A program made the translations under genes and the position numbers. Positions 54,402-64,000 of a stretch of DNA of 64,000 bases are shown here, piece by piece. The notes beneath the pieces were generated by a model that was not told the DNA's origin, searched no databases, and saw nothing but the letters and a program-made list of their open reading frames with translations. Every line of letters starts with the position of its first letter. Position 1 is the first letter of the stretch. The DNA is from a virus, in IMG/VR virus record IMGVR_UViG_3300024261_000009, positions 32,001 through 96,000 of that record; one strand, given 5' to 3'.

Positions 54402-55039
54402 TGTCCTCTAACCACTCACTTATATTATCCAAGTCTCCTTTAGACATACTGGGTCTATTCCTAACGGTAATTAGAGCTCGGTTTACAAGCGTGCCCGAAG
54501 ACTTTCCGTGGGAGTGGAACGAGTCTGATTCACAAACGTCTGTCTATATAGAGGTTGGGGCTGGGGATGAAGTGGGTCTGAAAGATGTTAGACCGGCTAT
54601 ATACGTTGATCGAGGGCCCGTGGTGTTTCCAAAGGTTGTGATAGGAGACTTCGCTGGAGGACAGCTTCACACAGGGAAAAAAGCTTACTACACGGCCGCT
54701 ACGGGGCAGATAAACATTGACTGTGTGTCTAAAAACAGAGGAGAGAGCGCTATCTTAGGGGAATTAGTGCAATCTTTTGTGCTGATGTCTTCCGACCTTA
54801 TACTACGGACCTATAATTTGAGGGACGTTACGCCGGTCACCCTAGGCGGAACGGAAGTGTGGGAGAAGGATGATAGATTGTTTAATACGCGCGTAACTTC
54901 ACAAATATCTTATGATGTAAAGTGGGGAATATCCCCCGACAGTGGAAAAATTGCAGAGATTGTAGCTAATCTTCTTAGTCAGGATGGAAATATCTTGTCT
55001 ACGGTGGCTTCTACATCCTTAAACAGAGTTAAAAAATAA
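54401..55039 (+). CDS. Tail terminator/completion protein
   Basis: Located immediately upstream of the sheath gene; alpha/beta pattern. Confidence 0.55.
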   Translation: MSSNHSLILSKSPLDILGLFLTVIRARFTSVPEDFPWEWNESDSQTSVYIEVGAGDEVGLKDVRPAIYVDRGPVVFPKVVIGDFAGGQLHTGKKAYYTAATGQINIDCVSKNRGESAILGELVQSFVLMSSDLILRTYNLRDVTPVTLGGTEVWEKDDRLFNTRVTSQISYDVKWGISPDSGKIAEIVANLLSQDGNILSTVASTSLNRVKK

Positions 55040-55136
55040 ACGAAGACCAAGACGCAAATGAATAGCGTCCTCGGTTGATCTTGCTTACGCCCACCCTAAT
55101 ATTGAATCGTCAGGGTGCCATATAGGAGTTTTTAGG

Positions 55137-57377
55137 ATGCCTCGCCCATCAGTACAAATTTTTCAGCAGGTTTTAAATACCACGGTTGTTCCTGCTGACC
55201 CGGAGCAGGCCACGTGTATAGTGGGGCCTGCCTATGCTTTTTTTAACGCGTCAAGCGATTCTGCATCTCACGCAGGGTACTCCTGGTCCAACTCAGACAA
55301 TGATATCTCGTTGTCTCACTACGGTTGGACAGCAGGAACTCATGAGCTAGATGTGGATACCGGGAGTACTTACTACCCGAGTATCGTAGCCTCAAGCATG
55401 AAGATTCTTAGGGGCTCTGCCTCTGACGGAGCTTGTGCAGACGGATTAACCGTTACGGGAACCTTCGCCCCCTCGGGGCCTGCTGTAGGTAATCGTTTGC
55501 GCATTAAAGGTACCTTACTACAACAGCTTGTCTTGGATGCGGACTGGTTGGCTCAAACTGGATACACCCCTGCGGTGGGAGACAGTATCACGAGCGACCT
55601 AGACGGAAACGGTAACGTGGCATATCGAGTCGTGGCCTTGACCTCGGAGGGTGTCCTACTAGAGGATAACACAGCCAAACTTATCGCTTTGCGGCCCTCC
55701 GCTGTTCCAGCAAAGAAACCCATCGCCGTTGTCACTCGGGCAGGCGACGGGTACAGTTCTGGTGCGGATGCCGTAGCCCAGCTAGGCGCTCCTGCTAGTG
55801 ACTACTTCGAGGAAGTTACTGTTCGGTCTGTAACAGGCGGTATAAAATCAGCCAGCCCGATATTTACTCTAGGAGCAACCTTCGCAGCGGACCCCAATAA
55901 TAACCTTGCAGAGGAAGTGCACGAACTGGCTATCGATGTAATTTCTGATTTGGCGGGAACAGCAACACTGGTACCTTCGAGTGCCAATGCTACAACTGGC
56001 GCGGTCACAATTCCAAGAACTAATGGTGTCGTGGTTATAGCCACCAGCTCAGGCAATCAGACTCTTGCTAGCGCCACGGTTCATGTATCTTGGAGAGGGG
56101 TAATTAATAACCTCCCAGATATCTACGAGATAAGCAGTATCCCAGAGAACTCAATCTTCCCAGATATCGGCAAGATCGATCCAAGAAACCCCCTTGCAAT
56201 GGGTGTCGCTTGTGCAGTGTCAAACTCAGGCAATACTAAGATCAAGGTCCTTCCTATCTCCGCGGACACTGCTGCGGGCTACGTGGGTGCGCTTAACAAG
56301 CTAAACTCCGCTACGGATGTCTACGCTATTATTCCTATGAGTACCGACATCTCAGGTGTTATTGCGCCTTACAAGGCTGCGGCGGAAGCCATGAGTCAGC
56401 CAGCAAAGAGCCGGTGGAGAATCGTTATCGGGGCGTCTTCAGGGGCTCCCGAGTTCGCTTTCGTAGGTCCTAGTACTGGTGCAGAAACCGAGACGGGCGT
56501 CACAACCGGAAATAGTAAAGTATTAACAGATGCGGACGCCACTTTCGTGGTCTCAAAGGTTGTGGCGGGCGATAAGGTCGTTAAGTCGGACGGGACTGTT
56601 ATAGGAACCGTAGCGTCCGTGGAGAGTGATGTTCAGTTGACCCTAGTAGCTAACGCTGCTAACGGAGCTGGACAAACCATTTCCTACACTGTTCAGAGAA
56701 GCATCTCAGGGAACACAGGTCTGCAAGTAGCCGAATTGAAGGCTCGGATAAAGAGCCTAGCTAGTAAGCGGCTAGTTATGCTTTACCCGGGTTCTTGCAC
56801 AGCAATGGGCTTCTCAGGACAGCCGGGCACTTACATAGCTGCGGCCTTGGGCGGACTAATGGCAGGCACTCCCTCTCACCAGCCCCTAAACCAGGTGGGT
56901 CTTGGGGCGATAAGCCAAATCTTTGATAGCAACCTACTTTTCTCGGATTCCGAGATAGACGATCTTGGAGACAATGGGTACTTCGTGTTGGTCCAGGATT
57001 CCCTAACAGGCGCGCCCTACACAGTGCACCAGGTTACCACGGGGCAAATATCAATGCCCGGTGTTCAGGAGTTCTCAGAAGTAAGCGTTGTCTCTAACTT
57101 TGACTTCGTGGCCTCAAGCCTTAAGAAAAGGTTGGACCCTTACGTGGGTGTCTGGAACGTTATCCCCGAGGCTATAGCTAGCATATCGTCTAGTCTCGAA
57201 GGTGGGTTGGATGATCTAAGAACCCGGAGTAGACCTCGTATCGGTTCTCCTCTAGTTAGTGGGGCTGTTCTATCGGTACAGAAGAACGCTGCAGACGCTG
57301 GACGGCTTGATGTTAGCGTAGAAGTAGAAATACCTAAGGTACTTAACAAACTCGTAGTGTACCTGACCTCAATTTAA
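55137..57377 (+). CDS. Contractile tail sheath protein
   Basis: 746 aa, MPRPSVQIFQ start, IAAALGGLMAG, QVTT, SVVSNFDFV and EIPKVLNKLVV sheath C-terminal motifs; followed by the tube gene. Confidence 0.85.
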   Translation: MPRPSVQIFQQVLNTTVVPADPEQATCIVGPAYAFFNASSDSASHAGYSWSNSDNDISLSHYGWTAGTHELDVDTGSTYYPSIVASSMKILRGSASDGACADGLTVTGTFAPSGPAVGNRLRIKGTLLQQLVLDADWLAQTGYTPAVGDSITSDLDGNGNVAYRVVALTSEGVLLEDNTAKLIALRPSAVPAKKPIAVVTRAGDGYSSGADAVAQLGAPASDYFEEVTVRSVTGGIKSASPIFTLGATFAADPNNNLAEEVHELAIDVISDLAGTATLVPSSANATTGAVTIPRTNGVVVIATSSGNQTLASATVHVSWRGVINNLPDIYEISSIPENSIFPDIGKIDPRNPLAMGVACAVSNSGNTKIKVLPISADTAAGYVGALNKLNSATDVYAIIPMSTDISGVIAPYKAAAEAMSQPAKSRWRIVIGASSGAPEFAFVGPSTGAETETGVTTGNSKVLTDADATFVVSKVVAGDKVVKSDGTVIGTVASVESDVQLTLVANAANGAGQTISYTVQRSISGNTGLQVAELKARIKSLASKRLVMLYPGSCTAMGFSGQPGTYIAAALGGLMAGTPSHQPLNQVGLGAISQIFDSNLLFSDSEIDDLGDNGYFVLVQDSLTGAPYTVHQVTTGQISMPGVQEFSEVSVVSNFDFVASSLKKRLDPYVGVWNVIPEAIASISSSLEGGLDDLRTRSRPRIGSPLVSGAVLSVQKNAADAGRLDVSVEVEIPKVLNKLVVYLTSI

Positions 57378-57398
57378 GCCCGTCTAGGAGATAAAGAA

Positions 57399-58064
57399 AT
57401 GGCAGCTACTACTAGCTTAGAAAACTGGAAATACCAGGACAACTACGTAGAACGGATAATGGAGAATGCGGCGTACACTGCCGCACACCCCGATGATACA
57501 TTAGTTCTTGCGGGACCTCCTAGGCAAAAGGACGCGGCGGCTACCCTGTTCCCCATAGGGATGATGCAAGCCTTCCAATGTTCGAGTCAGAAACCCGTTG
57601 TACCGGTTCAAACGATAGGCTCTGGCCGGTCGTTTTTTCTGTCGGGTAAAGGAGCCAATAGTTGGAGCATGGGGCGACTCTTTGTTAAAGGTAACAACCT
57701 TTTAAAGGCGCTTCATAACAACGCTATTGACGCAGGAATTGCCGCTGGGAAGGGCGATATGGACGAACATGCCTACGCTGAGGGCAATAAAAATTATCTG
57801 GTCAACCTTGACTCAGAGCTATTCCTAGTTCCTTTTGGCCTTCAAGTTATCTTCCGAGACAAAGCCCACAACCCCCTAGGAGGGTTCTATATGGAGCTGT
57901 GTGTTATAAACAGCTTCGCTATGGGCGTCCAAGCGGGGCAAAACATGATCATGGAGAACGTTACAGGCCTCTGTGACAGGATTTTACCGATTCACGTTGA
58001 CGCCGCAGGAGCTCCAGGGAGATCCGACGGGTGGGACACCGCGGTAGGTTTTACTAACCCATAG
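57399..58064 (+). CDS. Tail tube protein
   Basis: Follows the sheath gene; IGMMQAFQ..Q..V..IGS tube-like pattern; RBS AGGAG. Confidence 0.7.
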   Translation: MAATTSLENWKYQDNYVERIMENAAYTAAHPDDTLVLAGPPRQKDAAATLFPIGMMQAFQCSSQKPVVPVQTIGSGRSFFLSGKGANSWSMGRLFVKGNNLLKALHNNAIDAGIAAGKGDMDEHAYAEGNKNYLVNLDSELFLVPFGLQVIFRDKAHNPLGGFYMELCVINSFAMGVQAGQNMIMENVTGLCDRILPIHVDAAGAPGRSDGWDTAVGFTNP

Positions 58065-58144
58065 GGTTCTAAACCTAAAATTTCTCGTGAGAATTGGCTT
58101 GGGAAGGGTTAAGATTACCCCACCCAAGCCTCTCAGGAGAATTT

Positions 58145-59725
58145 ATGTCATCCCTCGTAATGGGCAGAGTAGTAGATGTCCACCCAAGAACCCACACAAT
58201 AGACGTGGATATAAACGGGGAACTACTCCACGGCGTAGTCCTTCTCCTAGTTAGTCACGACCCTGACCTGGGTGGCGGGACAACAATCTTACCAAAGATA
58301 GGAAGCACCGCAGTCATAGACACGGGTCCCTTTGAAGACATGCCGGGGCTGTGTATTGGCTATGTTAAGGGTGGGCACGAGTCCATTAGGACAGCTCCCG
58401 GAGACGAGTCTAATGACGCCCCGACATCACCTACCGCGGAGAACTCAGAGATAGCAGCCAAGAATGTTTCCCCTCTTACGCAAGGACCTAAGGGTGCTGA
58501 AGACGCTCTGCTGGGAGCAAGCGGGGAAGAGTCCAGAACCGAGGGAGACCCTGGGGACGCTTACCCGGGAGATTTTATACACCGAGCTTCTTCAGGTAAT
58601 GCTATTGGGGTGCTTGAGGGAGGCGTAAACATATTCAAGGCCAGTGACCTGGCTAAGATAGAGGCTAATGCTCTAGATGACCTAATCAGAATAGTGGCCC
58701 GAAACTTTGAACTGGAAACAGAACTAGGTAGTTTACGAATAGGTTCTAATAAAGGTAAGGCCTTTCTTAAGTTTACAGGTAACGAGAACGTTACTCAGAA
58801 CCAAAAGGGGGAGTACACTATAGAATTCGGAGTGTTTCCAAGCTTTGCGGATTCCCCCAAAGGTTCCGATATATTTAACTTTACTGTTACGGCTCAGGGT
58901 GGGCGAGACACCTTGGTAGATTTCCGCGTCAGCGGTACTGGAGATATCTCGGTTGGGGGACACTCCATCACCACCCGGGAAAGTCTTAGCTCAGATGTTC
59001 ACACTCACGCGTGTCACCAGAAGGACATATACGTAGAAAATGGTTCCTTAGAGCGGAATAGGGGCTCCTCAAGACTTGGATCTGAGTCTATAGTCCTGTA
59101 CACAGACCCTGACGAGATACCCGAAGTGGGTGTTGGGGAAGTTTTGATAGGCGGAACCCAGAGCGTAAGCCTAGTTAGTTCGGGCGCGGTAAGCACAGCC
59201 TCCGGAAAATCTTTCGAGTCTGTTATGGGGTATGTCCCCGGCAAGGATATGCTACCGATACCAGGAACTACTGCGAAAAGCATTGAGGTAGCTAACGGAG
59301 ATTTTGTTACCAATGTAGGTAGCCCTTTTGCTATGGGGTTGCCCTCCTTTATGTCCACCTACGAAGTAAACACCTGGTCTGGGGATATTAGACTAAACGC
59401 AGGTCCTATGGGATCCGTTATCATAAACAGCTACGGAGCGCCGTCCCCAAAGGGTTCTTCCTCACAGCACGGAATACATTTAAACGCCTTAAGTGTCATG
59501 ATTGGTGCGCCTCCTACGGGGCCCATTTGTGCGGCTCCACCTAAACTATTTCAGGCTGTTCTATTTGAGCCCCTACAGCAGTACCTGACCCAGCTGCATC
59601 TTTGGTTAGATACGCATGTACACCCCACCGCGGTAGGTCCTAGCGGTCCCCCGGCAGCTCCCTCAAGCACCCTTTCGGGCCTACACGCTGCTTTTATGTC
59701 TAAGATAGTTCAATTAGGAGGTTAG
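58145..59725 (+). CDS. Baseplate central spike (OB-fold + beta-helix, HxH tip)
   Basis: GRVVDV...P.IGS OB-fold start; C-terminal DTHVHPTAVGPSGPP metal-binding tip. ATG 58145 follows AGGAG. Confidence 0.75.
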   Translation: MSSLVMGRVVDVHPRTHTIDVDINGELLHGVVLLLVSHDPDLGGGTTILPKIGSTAVIDTGPFEDMPGLCIGYVKGGHESIRTAPGDESNDAPTSPTAENSEIAAKNVSPLTQGPKGAEDALLGASGEESRTEGDPGDAYPGDFIHRASSGNAIGVLEGGVNIFKASDLAKIEANALDDLIRIVARNFELETELGSLRIGSNKGKAFLKFTGNENVTQNQKGEYTIEFGVFPSFADSPKGSDIFNFTVTAQGGRDTLVDFRVSGTGDISVGGHSITTRESLSSDVHTHACHQKDIYVENGSLERNRGSSRLGSESIVLYTDPDEIPEVGVGEVLIGGTQSVSLVSSGAVSTASGKSFESVMGYVPGKDMLPIPGTTAKSIEVANGDFVTNVGSPFAMGLPSFMSTYEVNTWSGDIRLNAGPMGSVIINSYGAPSPKGSSSQHGIHLNALSVMIGAPPTGPICAAPPKLFQAVLFEPLQQYLTQLHLWLDTHVHPTAVGPSGPPAAPSSTLSGLHAAFMSKIVQLGG

Positions 59726-59726
59726 T

Positions 59727-59960
59727 ATGTCCAACGACAAGCATAAAGACGGAGAGAAGGACAGCACCAACGCCGTATTCGGAGAGAAGAAATGGGCGAA
59801 GGACGGGAGCCCCCCTCCCCTGGCAGACTTCCTAAAGATGAGTACCGACGTGATGGCAGACTCCCTTGAGAAAGGGATACTGGCCTTACTAAGTAAGCAC
59901 CACGAGACTTTAAAACTTGCCGAGATGATGGCTAAGGCTAAACGTAATGAGCGAAAATAA
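59727..59960 (+). CDS. Hypothetical protein
   Basis: 77 aa, coupled to neighbours. Confidence 0.55.
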   Translation: MSNDKHKDGEKDSTNAVFGEKKWAKDGSPPPLADFLKMSTDVMADSLEKGILALLSKHHETLKLAEMMAKAKRNERK

Positions 59961-62223
59961 TAACGACAAGTATAGTCGTAGTCCTATACGAAGGGGCACC
60001 TCCACGAAAAAGACCGGTAGGGATGCTCTCCAGGGGTTCTCCGAAGAGATGGAACCCTTGTATGGCATGAGTGCCAAACTAAATGATAAGACCACAGAAG
60101 TCTTAGGTCTGGACGCTAATAACCAGCCCATCATTACCAGCGTTAGTGTATCCGTTGACGGGTCTGGGGCCCACACCTTGGAGGACGTACTTGAGGGCAA
60201 GTTTACAGATGCCTATAAGTGGTACGGAGCGGGGCTGTCGCTAGACCCCCTGAAACCGATCCTACTGGTGCTCGAAGGAATTGCTGACGTAGTGGTCCTT
60301 GTACTAGAAGCGACCCTAATGATATTCGATGCGATGTTGCTGCTTATTGCGAGTCTAGACAACCTACTAAGAGCTGTTGTGGAGGCTGTTATTGAGCAGA
60401 TAAGGGAGATACTTGGGATATTCACCAAGACGGGTATCTACTGGACATTTATTCCCCCACAGTTCCCTCCCCAAGGGGCCAGCGCTGAAAGAACAAAACT
60501 TTTAAAGTCCGCAAAGGTGTGGATGCGCCCCACCAAACTAGACGAAAACGGGGAGGAGGTCATAGACCTCGACAAGACTAATGCTGCTCAAGAGTTCGGG
60601 TTTCTTCCCGCGGATATAAACATCTCATCTAAGGGAGGCATGGAAGGCTTCGTAGACACCCTAGAGGCCTCAATGAACGACGAGGAAGACCCTAGAAGAC
60701 CGCAGTTTGACAATAACGACTGGGTAGCAGGTTTCGTAGGGGTCTTCGGAGGTAGGGATATAACACTGTTTTTAGACTGGTGGGCTAACGTAAAGAAGCT
60801 TTTCGGAAAAGCTATGAAGCCCGAGGAGAATAAGTTTCTTCCTCCGACTCCCTCGGGAATCCGGTACGAGGTTCTTGGGGCCAAAGCCGTCGCGGAAAGG
60901 GGATCTATCCCATATATAAGCGTGTCTTGGGGCCCTCCAAGGATCAACATTAAGTCTCCCTGGACAGCGGTTGAGGATTTTGTTTACCGGGTTAAGGACA
61001 AGACCTCCATGACTTCAGAAGAATTCGATAACCATACTTACTACAACGACTTTGAGTCGGGGACCTGGACGGGAGCTCTCGTAGGCGGGGGGCAAGTTTA
61101 TAGAGCCAAGATGCTGCGTACTTATGTGGACACCTCCTTAGAGGAAGCTGATCTGGGAAAAACGTACAGATACCGTGTTGCTCGAGCGTACCAATACACT
61201 AACCCAACCACGCGCGCACCTGGGGCGAAGCTGGTGTACGTGTTCTCCCGAATCATAGACGTTAAAGTTCCTATAAAGGCGGTTCCTCTGGCTACGGGGG
61301 TTCCTCCCAACTGGACCTCGGGAACTCTAGCCACGCTGTTCCCCCCTCTAGACCGGTGGGTCTCGTTTCTAGTAGCAAAACTCCGAGCTATACTGGGGGT
61401 ACTTCCGGACCTGACAGGGTACTTAAAACAGATAGTTCAGCAGATAGCTTCGGAGATTAGTAAATGGTTAGGTTTGGCCCGCCAGATACGTAGCCTGGTC
61501 TACCAGTTCACGGATTTAATGGAGATGCAATTCGGGGCACACGCAATGACCTTTATTGGAAAAGGCGGCAATCAATATGTATTAGACCTGCTGAGAGACT
61601 CTGTGAGCCTTGCTCGAGCGGAGGAGGCCAAGAGCGCGGAGGAGGCCACACTACTTCAAGTAGTTAGCACTCAAGATGGGGACAGCCTGAGTTTTGACAT
61701 GGAGAATGTCCCTATCGAGAAATTTGATCTCGCAGCGAACTTTGAGAAAGTGTCCTTTAAAGATTTTGTTTCTGCGAACCCCGTACCAACCTACGGGGAT
61801 AAGGATATAACTGGAGGCTTTGTTCTTCTTGGAGGAGACGGAAGCTTAACAGGGGCTCAAACAGCCCTGGAGCTTTTTAGAATGTTCTTCCCAGGGCCCT
61901 CAGAAGAGACTACTCAGGAATCAGTCTCCTCGGTAACCAGGGCACTGACCACCGTTAGTTCTGCCGCTGCGGCGAAGGCGGCCGAAGCTCTGGGGGGAGT
62001 ATCTGCGGAGGAGGAGACCAGAAAATCACCCTTAGCGGCGACAGAAACGTTGGAGTCTGCTACGCCCCCCGAGGCAGTAATAGGCTTTACCGAAGGGTTT
62101 ACCCCCGTGAGGACTACTACTCCATCAGGAGTGGCTGCTTCCACGGACCGCGCAGCCGCCGAGAGAGCCGCTGAGAACCAGGATGCGACACTAACTGCTA
62201 ATGATATCGAGGAGTCTTGTTAA
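59947..62223 (+). CDS. Large baseplate-associated protein (amphipathic helices + Fn3-like domain)
   Basis: ISVSWGPP...YVDT...TYRYRV Fn3-like pattern; located after the spike gene. Confidence 0.5.
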   Translation: MSENNNDKYSRSPIRRGTSTKKTGRDALQGFSEEMEPLYGMSAKLNDKTTEVLGLDANNQPIITSVSVSVDGSGAHTLEDVLEGKFTDAYKWYGAGLSLDPLKPILLVLEGIADVVVLVLEATLMIFDAMLLLIASLDNLLRAVVEAVIEQIREILGIFTKTGIYWTFIPPQFPPQGASAERTKLLKSAKVWMRPTKLDENGEEVIDLDKTNAAQEFGFLPADINISSKGGMEGFVDTLEASMNDEEDPRRPQFDNNDWVAGFVGVFGGRDITLFLDWWANVKKLFGKAMKPEENKFLPPTPSGIRYEVLGAKAVAERGSIPYISVSWGPPRINIKSPWTAVEDFVYRVKDKTSMTSEEFDNHTYYNDFESGTWTGALVGGGQVYRAKMLRTYVDTSLEEADLGKTYRYRVARAYQYTNPTTRAPGAKLVYVFSRIIDVKVPIKAVPLATGVPPNWTSGTLATLFPPLDRWVSFLVAKLRAILGVLPDLTGYLKQIVQQIASEISKWLGLARQIRSLVYQFTDLMEMQFGAHAMTFIGKGGNQYVLDLLRDSVSLARAEEAKSAEEATLLQVVSTQDGDSLSFDMENVPIEKFDLAANFEKVSFKDFVSANPVPTYGDKDITGGFVLLGGDGSLTGAQTALELFRMFFPGPSEETTQESVSSVTRALTTVSSAAAAKAAEALGGVSAEEETRKSPLAATETLESATPPEAVIGFTEGFTPVRTTTPSGVAASTDRAAAERAAENQDATLTANDIEESC

Positions 62224-62224
62224 G

Positions 62225-62416
62225 ATGGAAAAGTACGGCGTACTAACTACAGAAGTTGAGGAACCTAAAAAAGAAGAGGTGCTCCTCAAGGATTTGCTGA
62301 AAAAGCAGCGGGAAATAGACAGGGGTAAAGTTGCTAAAAAAAGTAGGGAGAATGTCCCCCCAGGTCCCAGCGTTATGCCTGGGAACTCTGGGAAGAAAGG
62401 GCCTAGACGAGGCTAG
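62225..62416 (+). CDS. Small hypothetical protein
   Basis: ATG 62225 immediately after the upstream stop. Confidence 0.55.
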   Translation: MEKYGVLTTEVEEPKKEEVLLKDLLKKQREIDRGKVAKKSRENVPPGPSVMPGNSGKKGPRRG

Positions 62417-62634
62417 TGACAGCAGTCGTTAGCGGGTAAGGGCAAAGAATTAAGCGCCCTAATAAGGGGGAAGAAGGCCTTCGGGTCAGGATTCTTCTTC
62501 AGGAAGTACACCTGTACATAGTCGGCGTCCTTGGAGTCGGTCTTGGGCAGGGGAGTTACCAGGTACACTTCTTCGTTTTCGCAGAAGTTTAGGTGCCCTA
62601 CGGCCTCTCCAAGGGAAGTATTATCTAGAAACAT
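62413..62634 (-). CDS. Hypothetical protein
   Basis: 73 aa, RBS GAGGAGG, coupled to the exonuclease gene. Confidence 0.6.
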   Translation of the reverse strand: MFLDNTSLGEAVGHLNFCENEEVYLVTPLPKTDSKDADYVQVYFLKKNPDPKAFFPLIRALNSLPLPANDCCH

Positions 62635-63161
62635 TATTCCTCCTCAGTCGATACTAGGTCCATAGTGTCCTGTATCCTTTCGTATAGTAACCTGCACCTC
62701 TCAGCATCCGCAAGAGCTGTGTGGGCCCCTTCATTAGAGATACCTAATTTAGAGCAAAGGTACGACAAGGAATACCGCTTGGCATCGGGAAAAGCTACGT
62801 GGGCCAAACTCACAGTGTCTACCCAGTGGTGGGGTATCTTATGTCCTAGTACGGCTTTTTCTATAAAGGATTTATCAAAGCTAGCATTGTGTGCCACAGG
62901 GGTAGAGTCCTGTAGTAGTGCAACTAGGGTGGGGATAATTTCTTCAATATCTTTAGCTCCCACCCAATCTTCCTCACAGTACTGGTTTATCTCCAGCGCC
63001 TTAGGGTGCGCCAAGTCTATCCTCTTAGGAGCTACCTTACATTCCCAAGTGCTAGTAACCCCCTCTGGAGTACAACTAATTACAGCTATCTCTATGATCT
63101 CGTGCTTATTGGGGTCTAGACCTGTAGTTTCTATGTCTATAAAAGAAAGAGTTTTGTGCAT
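62634..63161 (-). CDS. DEDDh 3'-5' exonuclease (DnaQ-like)
   Basis: FIDIETTG, AHNASFD, VDTVSL, HTALADA. Start ATG 63161. Confidence 0.92.
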   Translation of the reverse strand: MHKTLSFIDIETTGLDPNKHEIIEIAVISCTPEGVTSTWECKVAPKRIDLAHPKALEINQYCEEDWVGAKDIEEIIPTLVALLQDSTPVAHNASFDKSFIEKAVLGHKIPHHWVDTVSLAHVAFPDAKRYSLSYLCSKLGISNEGAHTALADAERCRLLYERIQDTMDLVSTEEE

Positions 63162-63180
63162 GGATAACCTCTGTTGGAGG

Positions 63181-63456
63181 TTATTCCTCCGACTCTTGTT
63201 GTTGGGGGCCTTTTTTAGAACCTGTTCTAGTAACAGCATTCCTCAGAACAAGGTCTATTTCAAGAACCCTCTTGTGGGCTCTGTTTAAAACGATGTCCCG
63301 CTCAGAAAGAGCCTTACTGACTCTTTTATAGGTGGGTATTATCTTAGGCTGGGCCGGGGGGCTCGAAGAAAGCCCGCTAAGTATAATCAGAACTACCGTG
63401 CTGAATACCAGAAGGGTGAGTGAATTATTCGGCTCGGAGCCTCTTTGAGTTTTCAT
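63181..63456 (-). CDS. Small membrane-anchored protein
   Basis: N-terminal hydrophobic segment plus coiled coil. Confidence 0.5.
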   Translation of the reverse strand: MKTQRGSEPNNSLTLLVFSTVVLIILSGLSSSPPAQPKIIPTYKRVSKALSERDIVLNRAHKRVLEIDLVLRNAVTRTGSKKGPQQQESEE

Positions 63457-63664
63457 AAATAAGCTCCAACTTGGTCTCTATGGTCCCTAACTTTACCTGC
63501 TGCCTGTGGATGGTATCCACTAGCTTCTCTAAGTTGTTAGCTGTCTTAGTAGCCTCGGCCAACTCGCGGTCATGTACCGCTAAACGGGTCTCTAATCGAA
63601 CACCCCACAGCAGCACAGGTATTACCAAGATGGTCAGGGCATCTCTTAATTTATCCCAGGACAT
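63425..63664 (-). CDS. Small single-TM coiled-coil protein
   Basis: LTILVIPVLLWGV followed by a heptad coiled coil. Confidence 0.6.
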   Translation of the reverse strand: MSWDKLRDALTILVIPVLLWGVRLETRLAVHDRELAEATKTANNLEKLVDTIHRQQVKLGTIETKLELIYENSKRLRAE

Positions 63665-63729
63665 CTATAGGGTCTCCAAGTCGGTTCATCCTAATAATAG
63701 GACTACGCGTCGATAGGGCGAGAAGTATA

Positions 63730-63903
63730 CTAGCTATTACTGGACTGGACTTCCGAGCGGAGTTCCTTTATTCCATGGACAACCGCCTGTGAGCCTACTC
63801 GGACTCGAGTGCCCGCGCTTTTATTTCCTTTGTCCGCTTTTCTAGCGTCACTCATTAGCCCCTGAAGAGCGTCTATGAGCTCCTGTAGTTTCTTCTCGAC
63901 CAT
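63730..63903 (-). CDS. Hc1 (histone H1-like) family small protein, 57 aa, not in the ORF track
   Basis: My translation: MVEKKLQELIDALQGLMSDARKADKGNKSAGTRVRVGSQAVVHGIKELRSEVQSSNS. KGNKSAGTRVR matches the Hc1 signature KGNKAAGTRAR; AGGAG lies 7 nt upstream. Confidence 0.75.
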   Translation of the reverse strand: MVEKKLQELIDALQGLMSDARKADKGNKSAGTRVRVGSQAVVHGIKELRSEVQSSNS

Positions 63904-64000
63904 TCTAAGACTCCTGCAACTGAGATCGCATTTTCAAAAATTTTCTAAACAAGGAAGTGAACTCATCACTGGACATCCTGTGAGAGCTCAGCCTACTATT

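Noticed and set aside
1-64000. Stop-codon reassignment, tRNA/rRNA genes, integrase or transposase
   Set aside because: Conserved genes are intact under code 11 and end in TAA, TAG and TGA; the GTTCGA-like strings I saw are inside coding regions; no recombinase motifs were seen.
1-64000. Apparent abundance of CTAG tetramers
   Set aside because: An impression only and not counted; it may simply follow from frequent CTA codons.

Overview
This is a 64-kb segment of a large, lytic-type myovirus-like bacteriophage genome (about 50% GC, standard code, AGGAG/GGAGG ribosome-binding sites). The host is bacterial, since both the sigma factor and the RNA polymerase are bacterial-type; I cannot assign the host taxon. 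The minus strand carries replication and maintenance genes: MoxR-type AAA+ ATPase, HExxH/vWA protein, DinG-like helicase, family A DNA polymerase with an N-terminal UDG-like domain, primase-helicase fusion, two Cas4-like nucleases, ParB, RNase H, SNF2 helicase, DnaQ-like exonuclease and an Hc1-like small protein. The plus strand carries virion genes: terminase, portal, prohead protease, major capsid protein, fibre, neck, sheath, tube and spike. It also carries a sigma-70 factor. Three features stand out. (1) The phage encodes its own multisubunit RNA polymerase, with beta fused to the N-half of beta-prime and the C-half of beta-prime in a separate gene. It sits inside the head-gene operon, keeps the sigma-binding elements and has a rifampicin-resistant-type pocket. 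(2) About 15 predicted internal head proteins share a K-x-A motif (11 of 12 lysines in one protein), and several share an N-terminal AY(K/R)xG leader. I infer a capsid-targeting and maturation-cleavage code. (3) Five hairpins tile the terminase/polymerase intergenic gap. I found no CRISPR array, tRNA, rRNA, integrase or transposase. All annotations come from motif reading by eye; no database search was run.
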